Positions 62,637-64,000 of a stretch of DNA of 64,000 nt are shown in pieces. Under the pieces are notes generated by a model that made no database searches, was not told where the DNA came from, and saw nothing but the letters and a program-made list of their open reading frames with translations. Position numbers and translations under genes: made by a program. Source of the DNA: Psilocybe cubensis (taxonomy: Eukaryota); NCBI GenBank assembly GCA_017499595.2, contig CM039006.1:2976001-3040000 (forward strand), read 5' to 3'. Position 1 is the first letter of the stretch. Every line of letters starts with the position of its first letter.

Positions 62637-63147
62637 GCTGGTCGTGGGTTCATGACACCGTAATGTAACACAATCTTAAAATGTACGGTCAATATGTCCG
62701 CACGTATCGCCGTACCTCGCCGTTTCATTATGTGTTAATCTAGGAATAGTATGACTATCAGCTGCCCTAGGTAGAGTAATATGGGTTTGTTCAGGGCATC
62801 TTGAGTCTAATCGAGGCTTTTGATGATGGCTACAAGGTGTTCCATACTCATCCGCAGCAACCTAATATTAATCATTAACGTGGAATTTCTTACCATTAAG
62901 GTAAGTTTATAGCGACATCAACGCAAAGGTAAATTAAAATTTCAGCAGTCTCGAGTAAATATTCTGCATTATGTTCAAGCTGTGCTCTATGAATGGGGAA
63001 AGGTGGACACCGTGTCGCTAATCAGTTTAGTTTTTATTCCAGCTCGACAATCGCGGTGATAGATTGGTTACAATGAGCATTGATACTCCAGGAACTGATA
63101 CCTTTGGATACATAATAATTTGTTATACTGTGCTCAACAATGGCCCG

Positions 63148-64000
63148 TTAAAACAAGCTTTCATTGTGGTTGGATGCGCTACGAATGTTGAGAACGAGCC
63201 GACACGAAATTACGCAAGGGAATGCAATGCAAAATCCCAACGTAGCCTGATCCATTTCGCTGAACTGTGTTGCGAAAAAAATATAAAGCTGCTAAGTAGC
63301 ATCATCAAGCAAAAGATATAGGACCTACCGGGAAAGCGAACCATATTGATATTGTTATCATATACGTTGCTGTAATACTAATTTAAATGAATTAACTGTA
63401 TCAGTAGATGTTTCAGTGACATACAAAGTAGATAGGACGTACATTATAAAATAGATCGCAGAGCCTCGATAAAGCATATCAACCAGCTGTCTCCCCGATA
63501 CGTACACCAATGAGCGTGGTCCATGCCGCACATTTGCAATGGACCTAGACATCTGCACTCCTTTGACCAACGCTAAGATGCACAGCAATATCTCAAAGAG
63601 GAATATTGGCGCCCAGAAAGCGGAGAGGTATTGTGTGGATTTGAGCGGGATGCAGGATAGTCCTATGGGAGTCGCGAAGCCGTCGGCTAACACAATTTGT
63701 TGGTTAGATGTGAGGTGAGGTGCAAGTGGAGTGGGAGAGGATGAGGGTACCTTTTAGTTGGATAAGAGAGAGTTCTATGATTGTACCGGATGCGGTGGAC
63801 GAAAGGAGGAAGAGGAGTATAAGGGTGATTAAGAGCTTCTTGTTGAAGTACATGGCGTATAACCTGATTTGGAGTACCCCTGTAATGTTCCAACGCGTTG
63901 GCGTAGAATCTGTGGCACTGTGAGAAATAATATACCAACCTTCGCTCAGCATACTAATTGCTAATGCGGTCCATGCTTGCCATTTAAAGTAGGCCAGGCC
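63148..64000 (-). CDS. DUF6533-family membrane protein paralogue; 5' part lies beyond the window
   Basis: YFKWQAW...MLSE / VLQIRLYAMY / TPIGLSC...FWAPIFLFE...YRGSAIYF / LGFCIAFPCVISCRLVLNIR...LF*. Confidence 0.8.

Overview
Eukaryotic, intron-rich DNA that looks like an Agaricomycete (mushroom) genome: short GT-AG introns of about 50-60 bp with CTRAC branch sites, and basidiomycete-type gene families. From left to right the window holds: (1) the 3' end of an NmrA/EasG-like oxidoreductase; (2) a complete, apparently young tyrosine-recombinase retrotransposon of Ngaro/PAT type (1432-6505) with A1...B1-A2-B2 split direct repeats, and gag and pol in one frame separated by a single TAG; (3) a ~7.5 kb microsatellite-saturated island containing a DUF3602-like gene; (4) a 678-bp MITE with a 9-bp TSD; (5) a ~12 kb putative KDZ (Kyakuja-Dileera-Zisupton) DNA transposon with a CxC2-KDZ transposase, four cargo genes and inverted subterminal repeat arrays; (6) a cluster of about nine genes or pseudogenes from two multi-TM, GPCR-like families; (7) a ~2.4 kb segmental duplication carrying a catalytically altered ERI1-like DEDDh exonuclease, with a templated patchwork junction and an 8 kb insert of unknown nature between the copies; (8) a long-chain acyl-CoA synthetase. 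All family calls come from recognising motifs by eye; no database searches were run, and exon boundaries are manual.
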